NCBI GenBank assembly: GCA_019352195.1 | Contig: JACAFG010000005.1 | Span: 156,287-220,286, forward strand | Direction: 5' to 3' | Origin: Candidatus Saccharimonadota bacterium | Lineage (GTDB): Bacteria; Patescibacteriota; Saccharimonadia; UBA4664 | Length of the DNA: 64,000 nt | Part shown: in pieces, positions 19,930-30,421 of the stretch | Numbering within the stretch: the stretch's first letter is position 1 | How the letters are laid out: each line of letters begins with the position of its first letter | Position numbers and translations under genes: made by a program | The notes under the pieces: model-generated | The model's input: only the letters and a program-made list of their open reading frames with translations | The model's database searches: none | Told to the model about the DNA's origin: nothing

Positions 19930-20796
19930 TTATCGAGGTTCGCGGTAAACCTGCCAGATGAGCCGCGGAATAGCTAGCTGGCGTCCAAGACGGCTGGGGT
20001 TGTGGGCGAGGCGCCACAGCCATTCAAGACCGATGTTTTGGACGAGCTTGGGCGCGCGGACCTGGTGGCCGCCAAAACTGTCGTAATCAAAGGTGCCGCC
20101 TTCACCTATCATGACGCCGTGCCGCAGGAGGGGCTGGAGCCGCGACATTATGGCTTCTTGCAACGGGAAACCCATGCCAATAAGAATAATGTCCGCACCC
20201 GAGGTGTTGACCGTGGCGACGAGTTCAGTCAGGTCGAGACCCGCTTCTACCGCCGCTAACAGTTTCGGTCCCGTGAGACCGGCAATTTCACCCGGCAACT
20301 GCCCAACAATGGCTAAATTGGGCAATTTTGTTTGAATTGTCTGTACCGTTTTGGTAATCGACGAATTTTTGGGGGAGCCGATCAGGAAAACCTTGAGGCC
20401 ACGTTGCGCTGCTAGCTCCAACAGTGGCCAAGCGGCGTTCGGGCCGGCAAATTTTTCGGGCAAGAACTGATAGGCCGATTTAGGATGCAGGATAAGACTG
20501 ACACCGGTCGTTATGATGCGCCACCAGTGACGGCCGCCCCCATACCGAAACACGGTCGCCCAGCAAATACCGATGCCATCGGGCAGACATAAATTGGCCT
20601 GATCGAGATAGGCTTTGCGCGCGGGACTGGTGATGACGCCATCAATAAACTCTGAGTATGGTTTCGTAACATACCAGGCGGCACTGGTAGGGTTAGCCGC
20701 GTGATCGGTAATGAGGTGGTTGGCTTCGGCAATCGTCAGCGCATCAATTTCGACGTTAAGGACCTCGTACTTAGGGAAGGTCGTTTGCTTAGACAT
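19930..20796 (-). CDS. WecB/TagA/CpsF-family glycosyltransferase (GT26)
   Basis: family length and conserved ..PDGIGI.. region; ATG at 20794-20796. Confidence 0.65.
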   Translation of the reverse strand: MSKQTTFPKYEVLNVEIDALTIAEANHLITDHAANPTSAAWYVTKPYSEFIDGVITSPARKAYLDQANLCLPDGIGICWATVFRYGGGRHWWRIITTGVSLILHPKSAYQFLPEKFAGPNAAWPLLELAAQRGLKVFLIGSPKNSSITKTVQTIQTKLPNLAIVGQLPGEIAGLTGPKLLAAVEAGLDLTELVATVNTSGADIILIGMGFPLQEAIMSRLQPLLRHGVMIGEGGTFDYDSFGGHQVRAPKLVQNIGLEWLWRLAHNPSRLGRQLAIPRLIWQVYREPR

Positions 20797-22048
20797 AGCG
20801 GGCTCCCAGGCTGGCGCCGGCCAGACTAAAGACGGTGAGGGCGGTCGATGAATCGGTAAACGCCGGCAGGACAAGAGCGGTGACGCTGATACCAATTAAA
20901 GCAGCGCCGGTGGCGAGCGAGGTTTGGTTGTTGGGTCGGGCGACCAGTAGATAGCTCATGAGGCCAATAACCGTCATAAACAGTACGGTGCCCATCAGTC
21001 CCGCCTCATAGCCAATCTGGAGATAGTTGTTTTCGATAATATTAATGCTTGGTCCGGTTCGGAAGGTGGCCGGTCCCGCCGTCCCTAAGCCATGGCCAAG
21101 GGGCGTGGCGAACACGCTGTGGAGGCCGTTACCGAGTGAGGCGACGTGCTGAGAATCGGAACTTTTTACGCTCGTCGTGGTGCTGGGGTGGCGCAAATAG
21201 TTGGTTAAGAAGTTCCCCGTTGGGCCAAAGACCGCGACGGCGCCCACTACCACCGCGCCAGCGGCGAGAGCCAAACCGATGGGCAGCCGGCGTTTGGTGG
21301 GTGCACTCATGATCAAGGTCACTGCGACCGCCACTACGGCACCGATCCAAGCGCCGCGTGAGTAGGTGATAAACATTACCGGGAGAATGGCAGCACTGTA
21401 GATCCACCAAAGCCGTCGTTTGCGGCCCAAAAGCAAGGTTAGGGTGAGCGGCAAGATGAGGAAGGTACCGAGTTGATTCGGGCCGCCCAGAGTTGAACCA
21501 AAACGGTAGTGCGTCACGGTCCCCGATACCACGAGTTCGTACGGTGCGGTTTGACCGGGAGTGAAACTATAGCCTAGGTGAACGAGCGTATCGTGAGGCA
21601 AGACAGTGGCTTGCAGAAGCCCAAATATAATTACCGCCCCGGTGCTGATGAGGAGCGTGACCACGAGTTTTTTCACCAGCTCCTGCGTGGCGACGATGAG
21701 GGCAATGACAGCGGCGAGTAAAAATTCTAGGTCAGTTTTGGCCCCGTACGCGGCCGAATGGAGGCCCGGCCGCGTCAACAGCGTGACGACGATGGTTAGG
21801 ACGCCGAAGGCGGCCAGCACGTAGACGAGCGGCTGCCGCAGCCGGTTTCGTTTAGTGGGGTCGGTGATGGTGATGATAATAGTGAGAAGACTTAGAAGGA
21901 CCAGCAGGACTTCTTTCCAACTCGCCCAAATGGTTTGGTGACCAAACCAGTGGCCGAGGCTAATAACCGCAATAGCGTGCAGCGGCATGAGCGCTACGAG
22001 CACAATAAGCCCCCAACCCGTGACGCGCGTAAGCCAGCGTGACGTCAT
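20789..22048 (-). CDS. O-antigen ligase / Wzy-like polymerase membrane protein
   Basis: ~10 TM; YSRGAWIGAVVAV Wzy_C signature. Confidence 0.65.
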   Translation of the reverse strand: MTSRWLTRVTGWGLIVLVALMPLHAIAVISLGHWFGHQTIWASWKEVLLVLLSLLTIIITITDPTKRNRLRQPLVYVLAAFGVLTIVVTLLTRPGLHSAAYGAKTDLEFLLAAVIALIVATQELVKKLVVTLLISTGAVIIFGLLQATVLPHDTLVHLGYSFTPGQTAPYELVVSGTVTHYRFGSTLGGPNQLGTFLILPLTLTLLLGRKRRLWWIYSAAILPVMFITYSRGAWIGAVVAVAVTLIMSAPTKRRLPIGLALAAGAVVVGAVAVFGPTGNFLTNYLRHPSTTTSVKSSDSQHVASLGNGLHSVFATPLGHGLGTAGPATFRTGPSINIIENNYLQIGYEAGLMGTVLFMTVIGLMSYLLVARPNNQTSLATGAALIGISVTALVLPAFTDSSTALTVFSLAGASLGARYV

Positions 22049-23049
22049 CGGACGGCGACGAGACTCCGCTTGTATTCCTCGAGGTTGTCCAGCGCAATAC
22101 CAGTACCGCGCACCACGCACAACAGCGGTTCTTCGCCGACAACGCAGGGGACGCCGGTAACTTGGCTAAGCATTTTGTCGAGATTACCGAGGAGCGCTCC
22201 CCCGCCTGTGAGCACCATGCCGCGGTCGATGATATCGCTCGAAAGTTCGGGCGGAGTTTGCTCCAGCACAACTCGGATGGCCTGAATGATTTTTTCAAGC
22301 TCGTCTTGAATCGCGCCGGTGATTTCGTTGGATTTTATGGTGACCGTTTTAGGTAAACCGGCAATGATATCGCGGCCACGAATTTCCATGGTTTTGTCGC
22401 GCGTGAGCAACAAGGCGCTGCCGATTTGGATTTTGATGGTTTCAGCGGTGCGATCGCCAATGGCGAGCCCGTAGGTGCGGCGAATATAGTCGGCGATGGC
22501 GCTATCGAGGCGATTGCCACCGACGCGAATGCTGTGTTGTGCCACCACGCCGCCGAGGCTCAGGATAGCGATTTCGGTGGTACCGCCGCCAATGTCGACG
22601 ACCATATTACCGGCCGCCGAAGCGATGGGAATACCCGCGCCAATGGCCGCGGCCACCGGCTCACGAATAATGTAGGCGGCGCGGGCACCAGCAGCCAAAG
22701 TGGCGTCAGTGACGGCGCGACGCTCGGTACTGGTTGCCCCAGCGGGCACACAAATCATGACATCGGGCTTGGTAAGACGGAAGCCGCCGGTAACTTTGCC
22801 AATATAATGTCTAATCATGGCTTGGGTAATACGGTAATCGGCAATAACGCCATCGCGTAGGGGGCGGTTGGCGGTGATCGTGTCGGGGGTGCGGCCGAGC
22901 ATTTCTTTAGCTTCGGCGCCGATCGCGACGATCTTATTGTGATCGTCAACTGCTACCACACAGGGCTCGTTGATGATAATGCCCCGTTTGGGGACGTATA
23001 CGAGCACGTTGGCGGTGCCCAGATCAATTGCGATGCGTTTAGAGAACAT
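22045..23049 (-). CDS. mreB: rod-shape determining protein MreB
   Basis: actin-fold phosphate-1 IDLGTANVLVYV, ..DIGGGTTEIA.. Confidence 0.9.
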   Translation of the reverse strand: MFSKRIAIDLGTANVLVYVPKRGIIINEPCVVAVDDHNKIVAIGAEAKEMLGRTPDTITANRPLRDGVIADYRITQAMIRHYIGKVTGGFRLTKPDVMICVPAGATSTERRAVTDATLAAGARAAYIIREPVAAAIGAGIPIASAAGNMVVDIGGGTTEIAILSLGGVVAQHSIRVGGNRLDSAIADYIRRTYGLAIGDRTAETIKIQIGSALLLTRDKTMEIRGRDIIAGLPKTVTIKSNEITGAIQDELEKIIQAIRVVLEQTPPELSSDIIDRGMVLTGGGALLGNLDKMLSQVTGVPCVVGEEPLLCVVRGTGIALDNLEEYKRSLVAVR

Positions 23050-23127
23050 AGGCTTATTATAACGTGTTATTGACGCATGTGCTCGGCATTGGGGCTGATG
23101 GTTTGGTATACTGTCTCGTGAGTCTTT

Positions 23128-24516
23128 ATGCTACGACGCATCGCAACTATTTTTGGCTATCTGGCGCTCGCCTGCCTGATCGTGTTATTGACGGTCGGGC
23201 TGGTTGCGTATGGACAAGATTATTCGTATAGCATTTCGCAGCACCGCATTATCCGCAGCGGCAACGTCATTATTCAGACGGTACCAAGCGGAGTCGCGGT
23301 CAGTATTGATGGTCATCCCAACAAGAAACGAACCTCGTACCGGCTAGCCACGGGCAAATCGTATTTATTTGCGGTGTCGAAAACGGGCTTTCACACCTGG
23401 CAGAAAGCGCTGACCACCTTGGCCGGAAAAATTACTTTGGTGCAGTACATCGTGTTGGTACCCAATGAACTCATCCCGCAGGCGCTGGCCACGGCACCGA
23501 CGGTGATTTCGCAAGCGGCGTCGCACGATCGTCGGCATGTGGCATATATCACGGGTGGCTCGACCCCCGGGGTGTTCGTTGATAACTATGATAACCAGCC
23601 GGTAAAAATCTATTCCCCTGTCGCGGCCACGGCGGCTACGGGCGCGGAAACGCTCCAGAGCGTAACTTGGTCCGATGATGCTTCACACGTGCTTATTATG
23701 TCGAGTTTTAACGGAGCCACGGTGGCGCGGGTTATGGCGGCTGATGGCAGCGGCGCTGAGAATCTGACGGATAAATATCATTACGATTTCTCGACGCTAA
23801 AGTTTAGCGCCGGTAATTGGCGCCAGCTGTACTGGATTGCCCCCGACGGCTTGCGCCGGCTCGATCTCGATACCCAAACCGTTTCGGCGGTACTGGCCTC
23901 CGGCGTTAAGCAAATCGAGATTCTGGATAGCTCCGTCATGTACGTTCAAGAAACTACGCTGGGTCAATCACTGTGGTTACTCGACGGTAAAAATGGTAAG
24001 CCGCAGCAGCTCATCGCAGCCTTGCCTGCCAGCGATCATTACGGCTTGGCTTACACCAATTACCGCGGAACGGACGCTTTGGCAGTGGTACCTTCCGCGA
24101 CGCAGGCCGGGACGCTCTACACCAATATTTTCGGTGACACTCCCCAAGCCCAAACCGTGGCTCATGGCGTAACAGACGTCAGTTTTTCGCCCGACGGCCA
24201 TTTGGTGGCCTTTAGCGGTCTTGCCAATATCACCACCTACGATCTTGAGGCGTCGAGCATTTTTGATACGTCCACGCTCTACACGTTTGCGGTTAATAAC
24301 TTGTCTACTCCCCCCGCTTGGTTTGATAACTTTCATCTGCTCAGCAACCAAAATGGGCGTCTCATTTGGACCGATTTTGACGGTGCCAATGGTGTCGATT
24401 TGGGCCTGACGCAGGCAACGCTGAGCGCCGGTTCAAGTAGCGATGTGAAAAACGTCTACGTTTGGCAGCCGACGGCGAGCGCAGTCCAGCTCACGACGCT
24501 GACGATTAAACCGTAG
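23128..24516 (+). CDS. PEGA-domain + beta-propeller (TolB-like) membrane-anchored protein
   Basis: N-terminal TM, PEGA motif (IIQTVPSGVAVSIDG), repeated propeller-like segments. Confidence 0.5.
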   Translation: MLRRIATIFGYLALACLIVLLTVGLVAYGQDYSYSISQHRIIRSGNVIIQTVPSGVAVSIDGHPNKKRTSYRLATGKSYLFAVSKTGFHTWQKALTTLAGKITLVQYIVLVPNELIPQALATAPTVISQAASHDRRHVAYITGGSTPGVFVDNYDNQPVKIYSPVAATAATGAETLQSVTWSDDASHVLIMSSFNGATVARVMAADGSGAENLTDKYHYDFSTLKFSAGNWRQLYWIAPDGLRRLDLDTQTVSAVLASGVKQIEILDSSVMYVQETTLGQSLWLLDGKNGKPQQLIAALPASDHYGLAYTNYRGTDALAVVPSATQAGTLYTNIFGDTPQAQTVAHGVTDVSFSPDGHLVAFSGLANITTYDLEASSIFDTSTLYTFAVNNLSTPPAWFDNFHLLSNQNGRLIWTDFDGANGVDLGLTQATLSAGSSSDVKNVYVWQPTASAVQLTTLTIKP

Positions 24517-24527
24517 CAGTCGCCTAA

Positions 24528-25583
24528 TTAGTTGGCTGATGGCAGGCTTGAGGGCTGGTTTGAAGTGCTCGACTTAGGAGTTGTCGTTGGGTTGGGCTTC
24601 ATGCCAAAGAGTGATTTGAAGCTATTCACGAGGCTGCTCCAGGCGTTGCCAGCTTGACTGCCGAGGTTTGATGAGCCGCTGGGTAAGCTAGCCTTACCAG
24701 CCGCGGCCGTGGTCGGCGTACTGACGGCGGCATTGGGGTTGGGGTCTATTTGCTTAGCTGTCACGACGAGGCGCTTCCAAGAGGTCCCGGGAGGCGTACA
24801 GGTGATGAGGCTAAGGGTGGGGGTAGGCGTGGCGTTGAGCACGGCCACGTCGGTGGGATCGACCACGGAAGAGCCCGTGACTTCGTAGGTGTAGCGCGTG
24901 CCTTGGTAGTCGATGAGAATCTGGTCGCCGGGGGCGAGTTTATCGAGCAACACAAAGACAAACTTGTAATTGCCAGGTTGCCACCAGTCGTTGGAGCTGT
25001 GGCCAAAAATGGCGACGTTGCCATTTTGGCCTGGTACGGCGGTGTTGCCGTAGTGAACGACGCCATTTTGAAGCGCGTTTTCGAAGGTCGTTTCATTGGT
25101 GCTGGGCTCGTATACCACCGGCGCGTGAACGTTGATTTTGGGAATGGTGATGCTTGGGTCGGTGGGGATAATGCTGGCGGCGGCGTTGGACGCCGGAATA
25201 CTAGCCGTGGCTGGGGTTTTATGGAAGGCGTAGCTAATTTGACTAAGTATGACAGGCGATTTAAAGACAATCAGAATCAGTAAGAAAATGCCAACGGCGG
25301 TTAGAACTGGTTGGATGACGCTGGGCAGTATAGGCCGCGACTTGGCTGCGGGTTCGGCCGTTAAGGTGGCGCGCAAGCGTTCGCGGCTGGTGATGAGATC
25401 TTGCGTAGCGGCCGTGGGCACGTCGTGCGCGTTTTCGAGCGGGAACGTCTCGGGGAGTTCGGCGATGCGAGCTCGCGCGGCTTCGACCGCTTCCGGATGG
25501 GTATAACTCTCCACGGCCGCGATGGGAAGGTCGCGGTCGCGGCGGAATCCGTCAAGGCTAAATGTGTCTAAGGCAGTGGCCAT
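24528..25583 (-). CDS. sortase-family transpeptidase (class E-like)
   Basis: catalytic TLITC-type motif (TLSLITCTPPG), His (IFGHSSN), TM anchor. Confidence 0.75.
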   Translation of the reverse strand: MATALDTFSLDGFRRDRDLPIAAVESYTHPEAVEAARARIAELPETFPLENAHDVPTAATQDLITSRERLRATLTAEPAAKSRPILPSVIQPVLTAVGIFLLILIVFKSPVILSQISYAFHKTPATASIPASNAAASIIPTDPSITIPKINVHAPVVYEPSTNETTFENALQNGVVHYGNTAVPGQNGNVAIFGHSSNDWWQPGNYKFVFVLLDKLAPGDQILIDYQGTRYTYEVTGSSVVDPTDVAVLNATPTPTLSLITCTPPGTSWKRLVVTAKQIDPNPNAAVSTPTTAAAGKASLPSGSSNLGSQAGNAWSSLVNSFKSLFGMKPNPTTTPKSSTSNQPSSLPSAN

Positions 25584-25720
25584 AGTTGTCGAGCGCCTAG
25601 GTTATCGGTATGATTAATGCCGCGGCCCGTCCATAGATGGACGTTTAGGGGATCAGTTACTATAATACAACCTTGGCCGAAAATAAATAAGCGCTCGTAA
25701 GATAGATTCGTAACACGTGC

Positions 25721-25806
25721 GCCGCTGTGGTGGAATGGTAGACACAAGGGACTCAAAATCCCTCGAGGGCAACTTCATGTCAGTTCGACTCTGACCAGCG
25801 GTACCA
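25721..25806 (+). tRNA. tRNA-Leu (anticodon CAA), long variable arm
   Basis: GCCGCTGTGGTGGAATGGTAGACAC..anticodon loop CTCAAAA..T-arm GTCAGTTCGACTCTGAC..CAGCGGT-A-CCA. Confidence 0.85.
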
Positions 25807-25823
25807 GCAATGATCAAACTAAA

Positions 25824-25853
25824 ATAACGCCTTTGTTAAGGCGTTATTTTAGT
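25824..25853 (+). terminator. hairpin + T-run after tRNA-Leu (ATAACGCCtttgttaaGGCGTTATTTT)
   Basis: 8-bp stem; same hairpin recurs at ~29050 and ~34640. Confidence 0.65.
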
Positions 25854-26020
25854 TCTGTAAAAGGTGGGTGCCACTGCGTATATCGGAAAGTCATTATTCG
25901 AATCAAGTGTAGTAATTTTACAAGCTAAGCTTGCACTTGCATTAAGTGGATTAAATTCGGTAAAAGTTATATAATATTCAACGTCCATTCGTTGTTTGAC
26001 ATCGGTGTAGCAGAAATGAG

Positions 26021-28150
26021 TTGATTTATGTGTATCAGCCATACCCATACCAGGTCCCGGTTTTACATGCCATCGACTTAGCCCGTAAGTCGGGCAAAAG
26101 AAGTGCTCTCGTTGTCTTGGCCTCTGGTCTTGGCAAAACGGTAGTAGCAGGATTTGATATTCGTCGCTTCATGAGCAGCCACCCTGGGGCAAAGGTCTTG
26201 TACCTGTGCCACCAGAACTAAATACTGCGGCAGGCTCGTAGGGAACTAGAGGAGAATATCCTGCCTAACAAGTACAATCATGGGTTCATGATTGGCGACG
26301 ATCGGGCGATCCATGGCGTCGATTTGTTGTATGCGTCATTCCAAACGATGCATCGCCATCGTCGACGTTTTCGGTCCGATGAGTTTGACTACGTTGTAGT
26401 CGACGAAAGTCACCACGGTCCAGCGCCCACGTATCTTCCGACACTGGAATACTTCACCCCGAAGTTTCTGTTGGCTATCACCGCTACTCCAGACCGTATG
26501 GATCAGCAAGATATTGGTGAAATTTTTGGCGATCCGATCTTCAGGATCGAGCTAGAAGACGCTTGGGCACGCGGTTTGCTCGCGCCAGTTGATTACCGTG
26601 TAATGACCGACGAATGGCAAAATTTGGAGGTACTCGACACGCCAATTGGGAAACTGAGCATAAAACAGCTCAATAAGACCATTTTTGCGACCAAGCGTGA
26701 TGAAGAGATTGTCCGCATCATTGAGGGCAGGATCATGCACCTCTTTGAGCCGCGGGTAATGATTTTCTGCCCGCGTATTAGTCATGCCGAGCACATTGCT
26801 GACCTCATGGAAGGCGCGACCGCTATTCACTCCATGCTTACGAGCACCGAGCAAGAAGATCGGCTAAACGGTTTTCGTGATGGTAAGTACCGTGTCGTCA
26901 GCACCGTCGACATGTTTAACGAGGGCATTAATGTTCCAGAAGCGAATGTCATCGTGTTCCTACGCTCAACGGCTTCGCGTACGATTTTTTTCCAGCAACT
27001 GGGCCGTGGGCTCCGCAAGAGCAAAACAAAGAAACATGTCCTGGTTCTTGATTTTGTAGCGAACTGTGACCGTTTGCTTATACTCGATGAACTCAGGGGC
27101 GGCGTTAACGAGCGGCTCACCAAGCTGCGCTCAAGGACGCCCGGAGGCGATACACCAATCGTGATCGACTCAGGGGATTTTATATTCGACGAGGCCGTAC
27201 GTGACGTACTTAAGATACTCGCATCGATCAGGGGTAGGTACTCGAACGAGGAGCTGATAGAGATTTTCCGAGCCAAGGCGCTAGAGCTTGGGCGCAATCC
27301 GACCGGTGATGATGTCGACGCCGATCCGGCGTTGCCAAGTAGGGCGCTGTACTATAAGCGATTCGGTAATTGGAGCAAACTGCTGCGACTCGTAGATCTA
27401 GACGCGGCCTTCTTCAGGTCTGATGATCGTCTGATTCATGAACTCAAGAAACTAGCGGACCAACTGGAAAGAGCGCCCTCGACCAAGGACGTTAAGGATA
27501 CACATTGGATGGCGGCACCAAAGACTTACTACCAGCGATTTGGCAAGAGTTGGTCTGAGGTTCTCGCTAAAATCGGTCTTACTCCTGCTAGAAAATTCCT
27601 CTCCGACAAGGAGCTGCTCGATAAGTTGCGAGCCAAGTATCAAAGTTGGACTGAGCAATTTCTTACCATGGCGAATATAGATGCCGATTCGGAGATGGCT
27701 CATTCTTCGACATACAGGGAGAGGTTTGGCTCGCTAGATAGCGCGTTATTGCGAGCGGGTGTCACGGAAGATATTCAAGTTCAACACCAAAAAGCGGTGC
27801 TGACAAAGCGTCTGAAAGAGCTTGGAGACCGACTCGGCCGTACACCTGGGCGTCGAGACGTCGATAAAGCCTCAGATATGGCGGACAGCAGCACTTATCG
27901 GAAGCTGTTCGGAAGTTGGAACAGTGCACTAGGTACCGCTGGATATCCGCAAATTCGGGTGCGTCGGACCCCAGAGATGATGCTTGCGGACCTCCGAATG
28001 CTCGTCGATAAATACGGTAAGTTGTCGCAACCTATCATCAATTCCGAATCAGGAGTTGCTTCATCATCCACGTATGCATTGAAGTTCGGCTCAATAGCGA
28101 ACGCTGCTAGGCTTGCGGGAGTTGAACCGAATAACTCTCGTATCAAATAA
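26021..28150 (+). pseudogene. DEAD/DEAH (SF2, res-subunit-like) helicase fused to 5 tandem ~50-aa HEAR-like repeats; interrupted by in-frame TAA at 26219-26221
   Basis: ORFs 26021-26221 and 26288-28150 are in the same frame; Q-motif PYPYQ, Walker A ASGLGKT, then stop, then DESHH (motif II), helicase C-domain; C-terminal repeats ..LGRxP..S.TY..RFGSW..AL..AG. Confidence 0.7.
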
Positions 28151-28304
28151 TTTCCGGTCATGTGTTAGCATGACGTAATTCTTGATGACCACATCGAGAA
28201 AGCCGGTACGATAACCCGGTGCAGTCACTAAATGTTATTTAGTCTGATGAGTCTGAAAAGACGAAACTGCAAATCACCCGCTACTTTTTGGCGAGTACTA
28301 TTTT

Positions 28305-28353
28305 AGTTCGAACGTCGTTGACGGTGGTGTACCAAAGAACTTATGCTCATACG
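28305..28353 (+). repeat. island repeat copy C (AGTTCGAACGTCGTTGACGGTGGTGTACCAAAGAACTTATGCTCATA)
   Basis: member of GTTCGAAC..GGTGGTGTACCA..ACTTATGCT family. Confidence 0.8.
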
Positions 28354-28369
28354 AGAGTCTCTCCACAAA

Positions 28370-28630
28370 CTAGTAGTGGTAACGACAGGCAAATATTCGA
28401 ATTTCTTCATTTATCACTGTGTAAACGAGACGATGCTCATCTGTTATTCTTCTAGACCAAGATCCAGCCAAGTCTTCGCGTAAAGGCTCAGGCTTGCCTA
28501 GGCCTTCAAATGGGCTCCGCTGGCAGTCTCTAACTAGTTGATTTATCTTCTTGAGAATTTTTTTGTACTGAGATTGCCAATAGACGTAATCATCCCAACC
28601 GTCTGGAGTAAAACTAATTTGTCTGCTCAT
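28370..28630 (-). CDS. yoeB: YoeB/Txe-family toxin
   Basis: WDDYVYWQ..PFEGLGKPEPL..WSRRITDEHRLVY..ACRYHY near-canonical YoeB. Confidence 0.9.
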   Translation of the reverse strand: MSRQISFTPDGWDDYVYWQSQYKKILKKINQLVRDCQRSPFEGLGKPEPLREDLAGSWSRRITDEHRLVYTVINEEIRIFACRYHY

Positions 28631-28881
28631 TATTCAGAAATAGCGTGAGATGATACATTCCCGCTCGCTGCGTCGGCAAACCCGCGACGCAAACGCTTGG
28701 CATTATTTTTATTTCCAAGCAAATAGTCAGTTTCTACTTTTGAGTTGTATTGCTCGAGCGGCATAGCGACGATCGTGCTGCCATCAGTACGAGTAATTAG
28801 TAAAACATCCTGATCGTCAATCACCTGATCAAAGTACTTCTTTGAATCTTTGCGAAAATTAGAAATGGTAGTTACTTTCAT
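28630..28881 (-). CDS. yefM: YefM/Phd-family antitoxin
   Basis: Phd/YefM N-terminal fold (TTISNFRKDSKKYFDQV..LLITR); 1-nt overlap with yoeB. Confidence 0.85.
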   Translation of the reverse strand: MKVTTISNFRKDSKKYFDQVIDDQDVLLITRTDGSTIVAMPLEQYNSKVETDYLLGNKNNAKRLRRGFADAASGNVSSHAISE

Positions 28882-29004
28882 GGTTGTCTCCTTGTATGTT
28901 AAATTGTACGCTAAAACGTACGTTAATACAATGAATTTAGCACGGTTCGTAAATTATGGGCTCTCAGTATAAAAGCCTACCCATTCTTTTCGAACCAATA
29001 GTTT

Positions 29005-29083
29005 GGTTCGAACGTCTAGCACGGCGGTGTACAGCGCAGATCGAACTAAAATAACGACTTTGTGTGAAGGCGTTATTTTAGTT
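29005..29083 (+). repeat. island repeat copy D plus copy of tRNA-Leu 3' flank hairpin
   Basis: GGTTCGAACGTCTAGCACGGCGGTGTACAGC..GATCGAACTAAAATAACGACTTTGTGTGAAGGCGTTATTTTAGTT. Confidence 0.8.
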
Positions 29084-29302
29084 TTTGGAATAGTGGGTAC
29101 CAACCAATACCTTGTAGTTCCAAAACGGAAAGAGCCCCCGGCTGCGGAGGATTTCCTATGCTGGAGGCTATAAGTCGAAGGCCAGTTGTGGGTCTTGATT
29201 GCCACGGCTAATCTCCGTGACATATTTGGGTAATTCCTTGCTCGTCGGATAGTAATGCTGACGGCAGGCACAGCGTGATTCACCCAACCACGACTCATAG
29301 CA

Positions 29303-29848
29303 TTAGTGAGTTTTGCTTAACGGTTTGCCGCATTGAAGACAGAGCACACGACCTTCGTAGCGAAATATGGTTGGTAGATCACCGGCGGCCGCTTTTTGTA
29401 GCAGAACATCGTCAACATCAACACCAAAGTAAGTAGCGATTTTTTCTGGCTGAAAGAAAACAAGATTTTGCAGCCAGGTTTTTGGTAAGAATAGCTCTCT
29501 GACGATTGAATTGACGAACGCTTCTAGGAGCCAGTACTGCCTAGAGGAATATACATCCTTTATTCCAAAACTCTTAATGAGGTACCAGTGAACGATCTCA
29601 TGGACAACCGAGAAGCGAAACTCGTTTTGACTAGAGTCGCTTTTTACCTTCACCACATAACCTTGGCCGCTATGAAATAGCGCTGCAGGTCCAGCTAAAT
29701 CTGACGAAATAGTAAGTCCGAGGCCTAACAATTCACACATGTGGATCGGGTCGAGAATAAATCCTTGGTCTCGGCGCAATACTTTCGAACGAGAAAGAGC
29801 GTCCAAATGTGTCGCCGAGCCATAAGCTAACACCTCTTCTCTTGCCAC
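29303..29848 (-). CDS. ImmA/IrrE-family zinc metallopeptidase (DUF955) with C-terminal zinc ribbon
   Basis: HEIVHWYL (HExxH) motif; C-terminal CLQCGKP..; no partner HTH gene seen. Confidence 0.65.
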   Translation of the reverse strand: MAREEVLAYGSATHLDALSRSKVLRRDQGFILDPIHMCELLGLGLTISSDLAGPAALFHSGQGYVVKVKSDSSQNEFRFSVVHEIVHWYLIKSFGIKDVYSSRQYWLLEAFVNSIVRELFLPKTWLQNLVFFQPEKIATYFGVDVDDVLLQKAAAGDLPTIFRYEGRVLCLQCGKPLSKTH

Positions 29849-29980
29849 TTTAGCCTCCTGTACCGTTTGGTTTTTAAGGGACGTGGTTACGTAATCAGTT
29901 TATTGAGCGCGGACGAATCTATCTAGTCAACAATTCTTGCCTTAATTTGCTTTTAGTAAAATCTCGTTGCGCCTAAGTAC

Positions 29981-30030
29981 AGTTCGAACATCCCCCACGG
30001 TGGTGTACCATTTGGATCGAACTCGACATA
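29981..30030 (+). repeat. island repeat copy E
   Basis: AGTTCGAACATCCCCCACGGTGGTGTACCATTTGGATCGAACTCGAC. Confidence 0.8.
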
Positions 30031-30421
30031 GCGAAGCTAAAGATAGTAGGCTGATTTGATGATGGTTAAGTAAACTGCGATAGAGCGCTTTTGCTTAATC
30101 AAGTTTTCATTTGCATTAGTATTGGATCGATCGAGCAGATTCATGCAATCGCCCCTAGCTATTCGCAGAAAGTATCACCATACTGATGAGCACGCTAGTA
30201 TAAGGTTCTACTCAATGAAGCGCCGGGATCACAAGTACCGCAACGAATCGGGTAAAATCACGGTATAATTCTTGGTTATGCCTACCATCATTCTGAACTT
30301 GCTGCTGACACTGCTTTTGAATTCCATACTTCATCATCGATTCTATAGCAATCTCAGGATTAGTTGCCCTATCAATGCACGTTAGGCATGGCGCATAGTA
30401 ACAACCTTATGAGGAGCTTTC

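Noticed and set aside
28954-29298. 114-aa minus-strand ORF
   Set aside because: It spans repeat copy D and the tRNA-flank hairpin copy; the sequence is low complexity; likely non-coding.
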